Shown here piece by piece: positions 45,970-60,606 of a stretch of DNA of 64,000 nucleotides. The notes beneath the pieces were generated by a model. The model saw nothing but the letters and a program-made list of their open reading frames with translations. It searched no databases and was not told the origin of the DNA. The stretch comes from the human T2T-CHM13v2.0 reference genome, Homo sapiens. The stretch lies in the NCBI RefSeq assembly GCF_009914755.1, contig NC_060930.1. One strand, 5' to 3'. Each line of letters starts with the position of its first letter. Within the stretch, counting starts at the first letter, position 1. The position numbers and the translations under genes were made by a program.

Positions 45970-46790
45970 ACGTGACTTGGTCACCCATCTAGTAACAGGC
46001 CGTGACCAGAGCCGGATCGCGTCCCTCGCTTTGGTCACAAGCTTCCTGGTGCTCTCCAAACACAGCGTGGTAGCCTTGCTCACCTTCCTCCGAAGCCGAG
46101 CCCCCGGGAATCACCAGAACATCAAGCGGAGGGCGTTAGGAATCCTCAATCAAATTCCAGACTGCGCCACTCCTTGTGCAGATCGCTCAGACGTCTACCC
46201 AGACCTCGACCCAGTTTCCACCCGCGCGCCTCGGCTTGCAGCCACAGGCGGTAACGATGCCCTCAGCGAGGAATAAGAGGTCAACCCGGTGCCCAGCCCT
46301 GGAGCCTCACGCTCAGCCAGGGTAATGTTATGGGAAGCGCGCCCCCGTCCTCCTGCGCCCAACCAACCCACCTGCTAGTCCCTAGGACCGGACTGCTACT
46401 TCCGCATGACAGGACTGCTACTTCCGCATCCCAGGACGAAATCAAACTCCGCGGGCCAGGACCCGTAACCAGCCTCATTGGGCAAAACTGAAGATCGCTG
46501 CTTCTGATTGGTCATTGCATGATGTCAGGCAATTCGGGAAGCGACTGCTTTTCCTTCTCAAGAGGCGGGTCTTCCGAGAGTCAGCCAATAGGAGCTGACG
46601 GGCAGGGCAGGTCGCGTTAGGACAGCGTCGCTCCCGCAGGGCAAGGTTTTAGGTACAAACTCGTGAGCTGGACTCGCAGTCCGGAGTTCGTACCCCACAG
46701 AACTCTTCGCAGGGAGTGTCTTACTCGCTACAGCCGGACCCTAAGCGCATCCGCCTTCCCAAGTTCATCTGACACAAAATCGCGATTTAT
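45970..46790 (-). promoter_or_regulatory. MTFR2: MTFR2 CpG-rich promoter and non-coding first exon(s)
   Basis: High CpG density; CCAAT boxes at 46477-46481, 46507-46511 and 46585-46589; tandem CGGAAGT ETS sites; candidate donors CAG|GTGGGT (46372/46371) and AAG|GTGAGC (46084/46083). Confidence 0.85.
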
Positions 46791-49697
46791 TTTTTGGTCA
46801 TTTCATTTGTTCAGCTAATATTAAAATACTTGTGGAACTGGCAGAAGCCAAGCACTACCCCCGAGGGTTTTGCAGCTTTGCAGTGGCTAGGATTCATTCT
46901 TTCGTTCACTAAATACACCTACGTATCCAGGCTACCGAATATTGGGCCGGACACTCTCCTGGCTTAGCCGAGGATGGCAAGTGATATGACAGGTGATATC
47001 CCAGTTTTCATTTCTGATTTGAGGTTATTGGCTTCATACGAAATAGCTTCCTCTTCTGAATTTCAGCAAGACGTGCACTGGAGTGATATAACAATTTAAG
47101 ATGTGTGCCTGCTACTGACATAATTTGAAAATCTAAGTTTTGAACTAATTTATCTATGGTCAACATCACTTATTCATTCAACCAATAATAGATATCTACT
47201 ACGTAGCAGACACCATTCTAAGCACGGAAAATACCTTAATGAGAGGGCAGGTCCTCGTCCTCCTGGAGCTTACAGGCCAGCGGGGCATCTCGTTCCATTC
47301 TAACCCTAATTTGCTTTTCTCTATAGCACTTATCATATATATTTAGTTACGCTTCCACTACCACCAAACAAAATTGTAGACTCCAGGAGAACAGGAAGTT
47401 GTTTTGATCCATGCTCTATCTTTCCCCAGTGCTTTAGAAGAGTGTCTGGTATATAATAGGCATTCAGTCTATTTGTTGAATAAAATACCTAAATGTGGAA
47501 TGACAGAAAAGATGATAATGATTTGGGACTAAGCAACTAGCAAAACAATTGATAGCAATAATAGTGATATGCCCAGTAGAGCTGGATACGGCTGAGTGAG
47601 CGCAGAACAAGGATGATGATGGATCAGAAACCCTAGATGGAGTAATTTTCTCAAGTTCCTTGTCCTTCCCTTTGCCCTTGTGAATAAATCACGACTTTAT
47701 AACCCCCTCCCTTTCCCACTCTCTTATCAAACAGCAAACAGACAGGGCCAGAATGAAAACATCCCTCCAGAATGAGAACGGAACCACTACTCTTCCAGCT
47801 GCACTATTAACATAGGTTAATATTCCAACTGATTTAAGTAGCAAGGAGGACCCAGGTCAAATACTACATCCATAAATGCTTTGCTGACAACTTTCTTCTA
47901 AATTCTTCAGAGATATTTCTTCCAGTTTACTAAAGCATTCATAATTCCATTTTGACAAAAACATTTTATGTGATTGGACATCTTTTTCCATTGCTCATTT
48001 TTACACGAAATTAGATTTTCCTGAACTCTTAGAATGAGATAGGGTCCAAGAAAGCTTTTCTGACATCACAAAGCTAGCTTTTCTGTTGTCTCTGAGTAGT
48101 GTTCAAAAATATAGTGGCTTGCTTTCTGGAGTTTTCCTGTGTTCCCCTCCCCCAGTTTGATCCAAGTAGAAAACTTGCTATTCACAAGCTGCATGTTAAC
48201 ACTTTTTAAAGTATCTAGTTGTCAAGTATTAGCTCATTATATTGAATTAGCTCACTATATTGAGCTAGTAAGTCTATGTCCCTAAGATTTTTTACCTACT
48301 GACTCTGATTTCTGTCCTTTAAATATGTAACATGTTAAAATGAGGAGATCGGACAAGTATCAAATACCAGTCTCCTGATCCTATGTGATTTGAACATGTC
48401 TCTTCTCTAGCAAAGCCTTTTAAGGATTTGAACACAGCAATCAAGAACCTATCTTGGCTGGGAGCGGTGGCTCACGCCTGTAATCCCAGCAATTTTTAAG
48501 ACAGCCCAGATTGTATTTGTTTCAAGCAGCAGCAGCAGACATAAAATTAAATCAAGCCTTTATAAATACGCAATTATCATTCTTTCATTTATACACACTC
48601 AAGGACCATTTATTACATAACTACAGTATGTATGCCATGCACAATACTAAATGCTAAAATTTTATTCTGGTGGAGACATGTAAATGGAATGAATTACTAG
48701 CCTAAAGGTATGTGCTGCATTCAGTGGCCCCTGAGCAAAAAGAGGAATTGGAAATTTTTTGCTAGGGTGTAAGACTTAAGATAGGTAAGTGAACAAGGAG
48801 TAGCATAAGGCAAAGTGGCCAAAAACAGTACATAGGGAGTTCCTACAGCTCATCATGACTGAGGTTCAGACAACAGGAAGACATCAATGCGTAAATTTTG
48901 GTTTTAAAATGACTGTAATTTTGCACTTGAAAAACATCCCAGAGATGGCAATATAAAGATGAAATTTATGGGTAGAGTCCAAGCTAAGAGACCAATGCAG
49001 CAGCTAGGGATAGTGATGAGCATCTATTATTGGGGGTTGAGGGGGGACGGCGGGGCGGCAGTGGAGAGAAGACAGAACACTTTATAGGGATGTCCAACTA
49101 GCTTAATGGATAAAGAACATAAGTTTGCAGTAGGATGGGGTACAGATGATGACAGTTTGGAGTGTTTAAGTTCCAGCAGAACTATCCAGGGAAGAGTTGG
49201 AGAGAAAAAATGGAGTTCAGGAGAGAAGTTTAAGAGGTAAATTTCAGAGTTACCAGCATCTAGATAAAAATGTTTGAAAACCTGTCATTCACAAAGTACT
49301 TCCATCCTTGTTCCTTCCACATACCAATGTTATTTACTATTATTTACTAATTTTTGCTTCCCTCCCCCCCCCTTTGTAAACTTAGCCAGAGACAGTAGCT
49401 GTGAAATGCTGGATTTGAAGTGCTAGAACATGTTTCACACTAACCTGAAATATGACAGCACCATGAAAACTCTTTATGGCTGTTCCAATTACTTTCAGGG
49501 CTTCATCTGAAATCTGTATTGCCTTTCTACTTCCTTTTAAACAATAGGTTGTTATCTTTTATCCTTTGGAATATCTGGAATATTCAAATGGTTTAAAATG
49601 GCAAGAGAACTTTGTATAATGGTAAGCTTGGAAATTTTGAATAAAAGTGGTATTTAAAATAATGTGAGGAAAGTTCGACATTGAAAATGAATAATTA

Positions 49698-49998
<301 letters not shown>

Positions 49999-52052
49999 TT
50001 AGCACTGAGAGGTTTAGTTTGATCACTTACACTTTTCTCCTACACCTTATCCTACTATACATAATACCTTATGCCAGAAACTCTTATTAGCTCAGGAGAT
50101 GATCCATTTTTGTCTAAAATCCCTCTTATGTAAGGCAGTCATATTCCTTGATGAGCTTTAAACAATTTAGCACTGGGTTGGCATTATCAGGGGATTCTGA
50201 GGTATTAGATTTTCTCAGATGGATATTTAACCCTTTAGACAGCTGTCACACCTTAAAGCTTTTTCATCAAAATTTTTATTAAATATAACCACACATTTCC
50301 AACTAATCTTTTATGACTTAGGATTAACACTATGATATTGTGTTGTTCGGTTATGCAGTGATACTCCTAAACATTACTTAGCCAGGTGGGACTTACCTTG
50401 ACTTTTCAACCCACTAGGGTATTTTAACTTTAGTTCTGCTGTCCTTTTCCTTAATGGCGACTGAGACTATCACAGGGCTTCTGCAAACGGTACATTCAAA
50501 ACAGACTGTTGCTGTTATATATATGAAATTTATTACTGGGCAGTGTTGTTTGAGAACTATTTTTGAAATTTCTCCATAAAGGATCTGCTCCTTACCTGCT
50601 TTGTTGTATCAATACATCTCATTTTCAACTTATTCCCTCAGTGTAACACAGTGCAGGACTCACATTTGTCCAGGATACCAAAAAATTATGTTAAAAAAAG
50701 TCAACATACCATGTGTCTAAAATTTTTAGGCTTCCCAGTGTTTAGGAAAGAGGCAAGTCTAAATAGATGAACTCTGAATGAGAGACAGAGAACTTGATCC
50801 TCAAAAGTATCAAAGAGTTATTACAAGAATCCTGATTTGCATATTAATACCCCATTATTTGGAGCTAGCTCATTCAAAAACTAGAGCCTATGAATATATT
50901 ATATAATGCAAGAAAATATTTTCACATATTATAGTGCAAGAATAAAAATGAGAAAAGGACAGAGCCTTATCTTGTTGCTGCTCTAGTGCCTAGCTCATAC
51001 TTAACTAGTGAAACATAGAACTTTAAAACTGCAAGTTATATCCATGTGAACAGTTGCTTTAAGAATATACATCCTAATCCAATTACTCTGCTAGATATTC
51101 CTAATACCTGGAGCACTACCATATTCAGATAAGATGGTTTTAAGGCCTCTTATTATTACTGTTACACTCTGGCATCATGCCCTCAGCCACCAGAAAAAAA
51201 TGTTGCAAGAAACACTCATTTGAAAACCTGTTCCTATTCTAGGAAGACTTATTCTAGGAACAGCAACATCTAAATGAAAACCTAAGGACAAGTATCTCAA
51301 TATTTGGTAGCAGGAATAGTTATGCTTCCCAGAAGTGGTTTCATTTGACACTGAAAATTGCATACCTTATTTCCCTTTTTCATGTAGCTACTATTGGCCA
51401 ATTCAAGCTCTGAATCTTTTTCCTTTAGTGACAGACTAGCCAAATACTTATTTCCTAAAGTGTTGCCCAAGTTGAGAATACAGAACAAAATCAAGATGTA
51501 ATATTGTCCTGAGTGGGCCAGACAGCTAAATCTGTAACATGAGAAGCCATATGCTATTTTTCCCCCAATTCTCTGACCTCCCCACACCTCAACTAGAGCT
51601 TTACATACTAAAAGCTAAGATTCCAGAATCATTTTATATAACTCAGTTCTGTTAACTGAACCTTATCTTTTGTAAAGGACAAATATTCATGTTTATATAA
51701 ATATGGAAGATTATCTTAAGGTTATATCAAGGGAAAGAAGTATACTTTGAAATCTAGAAAGGACTCCAAAAACAATGTGTTTTAGTTTTCCAGTAAGTCA
51801 TGAATGGAACTGTTAATTTTTTCCTTTTAAATAAGCAGCCATCGATTTTTCACTCCAAGTTCTATCAGACTTTCATGACTTTTACATCCCATTTTCCAAT
51901 TAAAAGTACAAATTAAGTTTTAAGTCATTTCTCCCAGCTGACAAATCCCCTTACTGCAGTATCTGAACACGATTACTCAAAAATCTGATTCCTCAGTTAT
52001 ATGCTGAGGTGGTATTACTCTACAAGTCTGTATCTTCAAGCCATTTGAATAG

Positions 52053-52378
<326 letters not shown>

Positions 52379-52528
52379 TATCTTTTTTTAAAGTACATTT
52401 GGTAATGATATTCAACTTCTTCCAAAAACAATTCTGGAGTGGGGAAATCTTTTGGTAAGGTAAAAAATAAAAAATAAATTAAACCTGCAGGCTGGATATG
52501 TGAGAAGTAAATTAAAATTTAAAAATTC

Positions 52529-52820
<292 letters not shown>

Positions 52821-52974
52821 CAAAGTGCATTTAACATTCTTTTTCACGGCCACCTTACAAGTATCCTGAGAACTCAACAGAAAGTTTAGTTTTCCCTTCT
52901 AGTACAAATGAGACTGAAAAATTATTTTCCATAGTGAAGGACTCAAGGTAGCAAATAATCCACTATTCTGGAGG

Positions 52975-55900
52975 GTGAGTGGTATTTTTTATTTATTGTT
53001 GCTCTTCGCATTCCATGAAATTTGTAATCACTATGACAGTACCAAGCAAACACAGTTCAAGCTGTGATTATAAATCATTTCACACCACCTAAACATACAG
53101 TGTAGCTATGATCATGTACTTTTATTAAAGGCAGAGCTCATTATTAATGAAATCTGGAAGCTGGCCAACCCCAAAAGATTAAGAAAAATTCGATGTATAT
53201 TCTTGGGGGAAAGGCATTAAAGCCTGCTCACCCAACCTTTTTCTATTTTCAAGAATATTACCTTCTGCACTTCATAAGTGCTACAAATCAGTTCACTGTG
53301 GTAAAACACCAAAAATATCCATAGGAAAAATTTTCCTATATACAGATTACAATTAAGACACATTATTTGAATGTTTCTAGTTGTGGTGGAATGCTATCCT
53401 AATAATGCCTGTTCTCTTTAATCAGTGAGATTCATTTTTAAAGGCCAAGGTATAGTCTAGTAACATAAAAAGAACTGGTACCCTTAATTAAATGTACAAG
53501 TTTGGTCTCATTACCATCATTGACACAAGTTAATCATTACTGCATGTTTCTAAAACAATAGGAGTCCAGCTCATAAATCAACACAATCTCTGTGGCTCTC
53601 AAGTCAATTAAATACAACTAGATTCCATATATTCCTGAATCCTAAGAAATGTAAAACTTGTTCATTTAAACTTCATTAGGACAGTGTACTAATTTTTAGT
53701 ATCTACCCCAATAAAATTTGAAACATTTAATAATAGTATCAACTATTTGAGAACTCTAAACATGTAATGGATATTACTTTCTCATTTTAAGGCTCAAGAG
53801 ATTGAGTCTAGCCAAATTAATCCCAATGACAATGAAGTTTATTCCTCCATTTGCCTTTCCTCTTCAACTCTGTAAATTGAGAAAGGCCTCTGAACTTCTC
53901 TTTCTGGATGTGAAAGTCTATTATTCCACAAGGAAACTTAAGGTACATCCCCACCAATGGGATTCCAGTTGAAACCCAGAAAAAGAAAAATAAGAAAAGT
54001 TAAACAAATGTTAATAATGCAGCATACTTTTATATAAGAAATTTGTATATAACATTACAATTATCCAGTATAATTAAGCTACCAATGATCTTACACAACA
54101 CTTTACATGCATATGTATGTACACACAGAGTTATTTCTCTCACAGAATTTTTAAGGACTAATTTGCCATTTGTATGAGTCAAAATGTGTCAGTTTGTCTT
54201 AGTACACAAATTTCTGTGAAAATGCTTTGTTAAAACTGACAGGATGGCACATGGTAAGAATTATACCACATCTTACTTAAAGTGAATGAAAAGACAATTC
54301 TTTTTACTTATTTACTAGCTACTATGTTTTTAGAAAGAGAAGTAATCACCATATTATGGGTGATAAGGTCCCAGATTAACGTAAGAAAACGAGGACTAAA
54401 CTGGACATCCAGAATTCCTTTATTTCAAAATAATTTTGGCTTAGATTTACCAACTGTAAAATTTCCCATTTTCCCAGGGGAGACAAGGGAAAAACAAAAA
54501 CAAAAACAAAAACAAAAACAAAAACAAGACAAAACAAAAAAACAGTAAAGAAAGGTTTGAGGGAGTTTATAAAGCATTTATCAAGCCTTACCACACCAGT
54601 AATCTTCCTAACAGATGCGCTGATATTCTAAAATAGGCCACAGAAATAAGATGTGTGAAATAGACACAGGTAAACAAACAACAGCAGTTATTACTTGTGA
54701 CATTTTATTGGCGTATGACAATTTACAAGGGTCCCTGTTGCATCATTATACATCACACTGAGTAAGAATCGTTTAGCCATCTACATTCAATGTTACTGGG
54801 TAATATTTTTCTCAAATTATAATTCCCAACACTGATTTTACCTGTGACAAAAGGAACAATAGTAATTCCTTGAAGAAGACTAACTGGAAAAAACATTTTG
54901 CTTTTAGTATAAAAATTCCTAGGATGCTGAAAGGTACACATACACACCTAAAGAGTCATGGCCTTCTTAAACAGCTTTCTTAATCCTTTCTGGAAATATC
55001 CTTTGGTTCATTTTTATTGCCCCTCTCTAGGCAAAACAAAGTATGTTAACGCAGGTATCAGTGAGTTATTTCCTAGCACTTGTAAGCAAATATCCTTACC
55101 AAGAGGAACCATTCAACTTTTATAATATCGTAAAGCGTGGAGTTAAGATGTGTTTTTAAAAAATATACAGGCTTTTTATATGCTTGGATCTGAAAAAGGT
55201 AACATCCACAATGACATTCTATTACAGAGTTCTTACAATCACCCTAGCCTACTACACTCTGGTATAATACTCTTTCTTCAATTCTGTTTAACAGAATAAA
55301 AGTAACCAAAGGTTAAAGCAATGCATTTGAACTTAAAATATAACCTGCCCACAGGAATTAAGTAGTTTTATTCCCACTCCCTATTACATAATTTCTCAGA
55401 TCCCCTTTTACCTATTGTCTTAAGTGGATAAGCACATAGTCATGCACACAGATTTGATGTCTAACCAAGTAACTGTTATGGTATTTATTTGTATACAATA
55501 AAAGGGTCATGAAAATTCTGTGTTGGGAATCACATCCATGTTGCTTTCACACGTAAATAAGTATTATTCTGAACAGGAGAATATTAGTTATGCCCTGATT
55601 AATGCAATACATACTTCCTTTGGCAGGTATTTCCTCTGCTTTAATAGACAATTTTAGAAAGACATGTTAACGGGGGAAAATCACACAATACTAAGGATCT
55701 GAGGGCCATAAACATCACATATGTTGAGTTTGCTTTTAGTTTTGTTTCCAACAGTTCTTAACCAATGTTCCTGGCTGTAATCTAGGTGCTAGACGCACTG
55801 CAAATCCTCGAAAGTGTTTAAGATGAAAGAGCAATACACTTAAGATCTTCAAAAGTTTACATTAACAGAATAAGCATTAGCTCCTTTTAACACACACACA

Positions 55901-57211
55901 CAACTAAATTAACAAATGAAATGTGTCTACTTTTATATATGCCCATAAAGCAGACACTTAACATTGAAATTTACTATTTTAGATTTTCACTCCTTTAAGA
56001 GCTATCAATATAGACACAAAAGATAATTCACATTTGAAAAATTATCTACCTGAAGAATAGAACTCTTAAGAGGAAAAAGAAAAAGCCATTCTACAAAAAC
56101 TGCAACTGAAATGGGGGGGAAAAAGGTTAGATCAATGCCGCAACAAGCTTCCTGCCAAAACTTTTATTGGTGACATTTGAAAAACAATTTTTTTAAAATA
56201 CTATTAATGAACAGTATGCTGTGTTTCTCTATTTTTACTAATAGTTACACTACAAACTAATGTTCAGCTCAAATAAATATGTAAGATATGAAATCAGGTA
56301 CTAATGTATCAACTTATTCTGCAGGATAGACCTCCTACATACCAACCCCAGGATTACAGTTTTTCTTCTGTTTAAAACTAGGATGTTCAGTAGAAATGGG
56401 GTTTCTATTTGCAGTATTGTTACAAACCAGTTTCCTCTCACAAATAGCTAATATCTAAGACCATGACTCAAACTATCAAATAGGAATAGAAAGAGAACAC
56501 ACAGTTTTGAACGCAAATAGAAAAGGCTCCTAAGAATGTTCTTTATAGGCCACTGCTTGCTTTCAGTAAAAATAACATTTTCTCAAAACTTTTCAATCTG
56601 ATTTTTAATAGCTTGTACTTTTTAGCTATTGGCAAAGCTTTTTTTTTTTAATTCCTTCTTAAGCATTTGCTCAAGTGTTAAACTAGCTTAGTTTACCATA
56701 GTAACAACTTTTTGTCTGTGGTATACTTCAAAAATCAGTCACCCTACGATGTAGTGTGTTCAAATTAAACAGATGTATACAGTTAAAATAATTAGTGTAG
56801 TCTCTATAAACAATTTCTGTTCCAGGATTTATATGTAGAGCTAACGTTTACTTCAGAATAAAACATTGACAAACAGGGAAGGAAGAGAATCAGAACTTTC
56901 ACAGAGCTGTACTTGACCATATCTTATAGACAAAGCAGAATTACAATGCATGTAACAAAAACGTTAAAAGTTTTAAAAGTTGATAGTTACAAATATGGTA
57001 CGTAACAATTTTCTACTTTATTTCAGTACAATTTTCAACATACAGTCTACTATTTCTCAAGATATTTGAAGACTTAAAACAAAATTTCTATAGACTACTT
57101 GCAAACAGTAAAATTTAAGTAAAATGCTTACATTCTTATTTGAAAACAAAAATCAGGTAAAAAAAATGGTGGGTGCAAGTTCTGCTCTGTTGTAATCTTA
57201 CTTCATATTTA
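52975..57211 (-). other. BCLAF1: BCLAF1 long 3' UTR (distal end approximate)
   Basis: AT-rich, no Alu or L1 recognised; minus-strand AATAAA at 57017, 56163, 55013, 54704, 53121 and 52992 among others. Confidence 0.7.
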
Positions 57212-57217
57212 TTATTC
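57212..57217 (-). CDS. BCLAF1: BCLAF1 terminal exon coding part (E*)
   Basis: ctctctcttttag|GAA TAA TAA. Confidence 0.9.
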   Translation of the reverse strand, partial: E

Positions 57218-57366
57218 CTAAAAGAGAGAGAAAAAATTAAAGATTAACAAAAGATGCGGAGAGTGAAAAGGAACCATATTAATAATTGTTCCTAAAAATG
57301 AAATAATTCACCCACCAAACCTATATCAAAAAAAATCTGTCAGAATCACAAGTTGAAATTTTATAC

Positions 57367-57579
57367 CTTTTCTTCCTTGCGTCTGTCCTTCTTTTCTTCA
57401 TTATTTTCCATGGTCTCTTCTTCATCTTCAACAATCCCATCCCCTTGGTATTTGTCATGAGTCCATTTAGGACTGCTACCTGATTTTTTGAAGTTAAAGC
57501 GCCCTCTGCCACGTTGAAAAGTACCACGACCTCTTCCTCTTTTGGCCCAATAATCCACACCATCATCTCTGTCGTCATG
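57367..57579 (-). CDS. BCLAF1: BCLAF1 penultimate exon ([19 protein letters not shown]...KWTHDKYQG...KEEK)
   Basis: ctgtag acceptor and gtataa donor; 213 nt; THRAP3/BCLAF1 C-terminal motifs. Confidence 0.96.
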
Positions 57580-60273
57580 CTACAGAAAGGTTAAAAACAA
57601 TTGTCAATGAAATGTTTCTTGTAAAGATGATCATTTCTCCAATCATAAATCACAGTATTAATCTTCTGAAGATTGGGTATATGAGATTGGTAATATTCTA
57701 AAACACAATAAAACAAAACCAGTAAAACTGAATTTTTCAACAAAAATACATTCCATCATCAAGAGAATAACTACATCTTACTACTTAGCAACCCAAGCAC
57801 TGAAGGTTACCCAGACAATCATTTGGAAGATCTCAACTGCTAAATTACCACTGATTTTTAGAATCCTGAGTTTTGTTTTTTTATTATGTCAATCCAAGTC
57901 CACTTATTATTACACCAAATGCAATGAGATAAAATTAAGTTTTTCCCAAAATTACCTTAGTCATAAAGATGCAGCAGAAAGTCATAAAAATATCATTAAA
58001 ATATTATAACATTCACTAAAATGAAACTGGTGGTATGAATTTTATACTTTACATATAAAAGTAGATTTTAAATCTACTGAGATTGAAATCTAGATCAATG
58101 TACAGTACATATCGATGTTCTGGGCTAGAGAATTTCAATGGTAAATCATGACACGGTCCCTAGAATTAACATCTCACTCAGTTCTTCATCAATCTAAAGT
58201 ACTGCAGTTATCACATCCCAGCTTTAACCATTAATTGTATTCAAATACAGATGATCCCCAAATTATGAAATTGTTCTATTAAGCAAAACAATCTGCAAAA
58301 CTGAAAAGTACTTGACTTTGTAGATGAGTAGAGATGGGTATTATATTCATACAAAAGGCCAAGGGAGTCCTGTATGTAATTTAATTAACAGCTAACTTAT
58401 TAACTTTGTCACCCACAAAAATGGGAAATAAAGCAAAATGCCCCTTTATTAGAAAAGGGGTATAATGCAAACAAAATGTTGTGTAATCTATAGAGTACCA
58501 GTAGTGAGCAACCATCCAAAAGCCACTAAAACTTTTTTTTACGTAATATGGCATATGAGTATTTTTTTTCCAAAACATAAGACTGTGCCTTTGGATATAT
58601 TCATTTAACTGATTAACCCCCTTCATGACTTGAAAAGTTCAATTATATGGGTAACTAACAGACCATATGAAAGAGAACTTACCAACTGCTAATAATCTAT
58701 CTTTACCAAACCACTGAAAGATTACTAGGTAGAGGTGTACATGACTCTATAATGAATGAATTTTGGAACTATCAAAAGTGTAAATTTAAATACGGCAGAG
58801 TTTATTACAAACCCAAAATAAACTACTTTAAAATAGTCTGCCACTAAAAATAATGCCCACTCCACTACATAATTTCATGCTCCCTTATCACATTAACATA
58901 CCCAACTCCAGAGGCTGTGTTTTTTTATGATTTTTACACAATACACCATGGATTCTGGGAAGAGGTTTTGGAGTAGAAGCATGGGTTTAAATCTTATCAG
59001 AAACTGTGTGACTTTGGGCAACCTCTCTAGAATTCACTTCATTTTAATAATGTGTGCCTTGAGGGAACACAGATCAGCAGGAAGTGCCCGGCCCAGTGTC
59101 TGACAAGCAAGCACTCAATAAATGGTGGCAAAAATGATGTTTCTATAGTGTGTAATATGGATCTGGCCCTGTTCTGAACACTTCACATGTATTTATTCAA
59201 CTAATCCTCACAACAACCCTCTAAGATAGTATTACTGCCCTCACTTTAGAAATAAACAAACTGAGGCACTGAGAAATTAAGTAACTTGCCCAAGGTCACA
59301 GAGCTAGCCCTTTCTTCTACCCCTTGTGACCATCACCCATAAAACACATTTCCCAGATATCTTGGTGGCAGTATATGATTACCACACCAGGTAGCTAAGA
59401 GTTAGCAGAAATAGAAAAGCCAAGAGCAAAGCTAGACACTAGGGTTAAACTAGCCATTGCTTTTAATATACAATCATCTGAAACTTGGTAAACACAACAG
59501 CACCTAAACAATTAAACTGTGCCTTTCGTAGGGCATCCTGGCAGCTACTTAATTGAGATTTTTGATGCTAAACATATTCTTAATACTCAAGTTTTATATC
59601 GAAGATTTCAGTCTCATTATTAAAATGTTTAATTTTTAATTATCTCAGATTTAAAAGGGCCAGAAGTTAGATATTTATACACAGCTAAGAACATGTTAAC
59701 AAAGGAGTCTGTATTAGAAACCAAGACCTTCTGAATCATCTTCTCTTCTCCATACAAGGATCACGTTTCAAAGGAATAATAACCAAAACTCCAATCCTGA
59801 ACCCCCTTCCCCACCAACGATTTTCTCTTCCTTTGAAGACAGCAACTCAACACTGAGAATCTGCCTACTTCAGTACTTTCCCACTTGCTCCAACTCTTCA
59901 CACTCACCCCTCCATAGAATTTCAGGTTCTAACTAAAACTAGTATCTTTCCTGGAATTTTTATTATTGAAAACATTACCACACCTTTGCATAAAACAAAG
60001 CTTAGAGATAGGAAAATTCAAAAAGAATGCAACAAAGATTACTATAACTCAGTATTGGACAACAAATAGTACAAACAAGACTTTCAGAACCCTGACTCTG
60101 GAGCCCAATGCATAAATCCTGACCCCATTGCACTAGCCACATAACTCTGCTTAAGCTACTCCACCTTTGTACCTCAGTTTTTTCCATCCACAAAAATAGA
60201 ATAATGGCCCCAACTCAAAAGCCTTTTTTAAGTATTCATACATACAGAACACTCAGAACAGCACCTAGCATAG

Positions 60274-60606
<333 letters not shown>

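Noticed and set aside
45880-46478. ORFs in the MTFR2 CpG island
   Set aside because: GC-rich, stop-poor sequence with non-ATG starts and no recognisable homology
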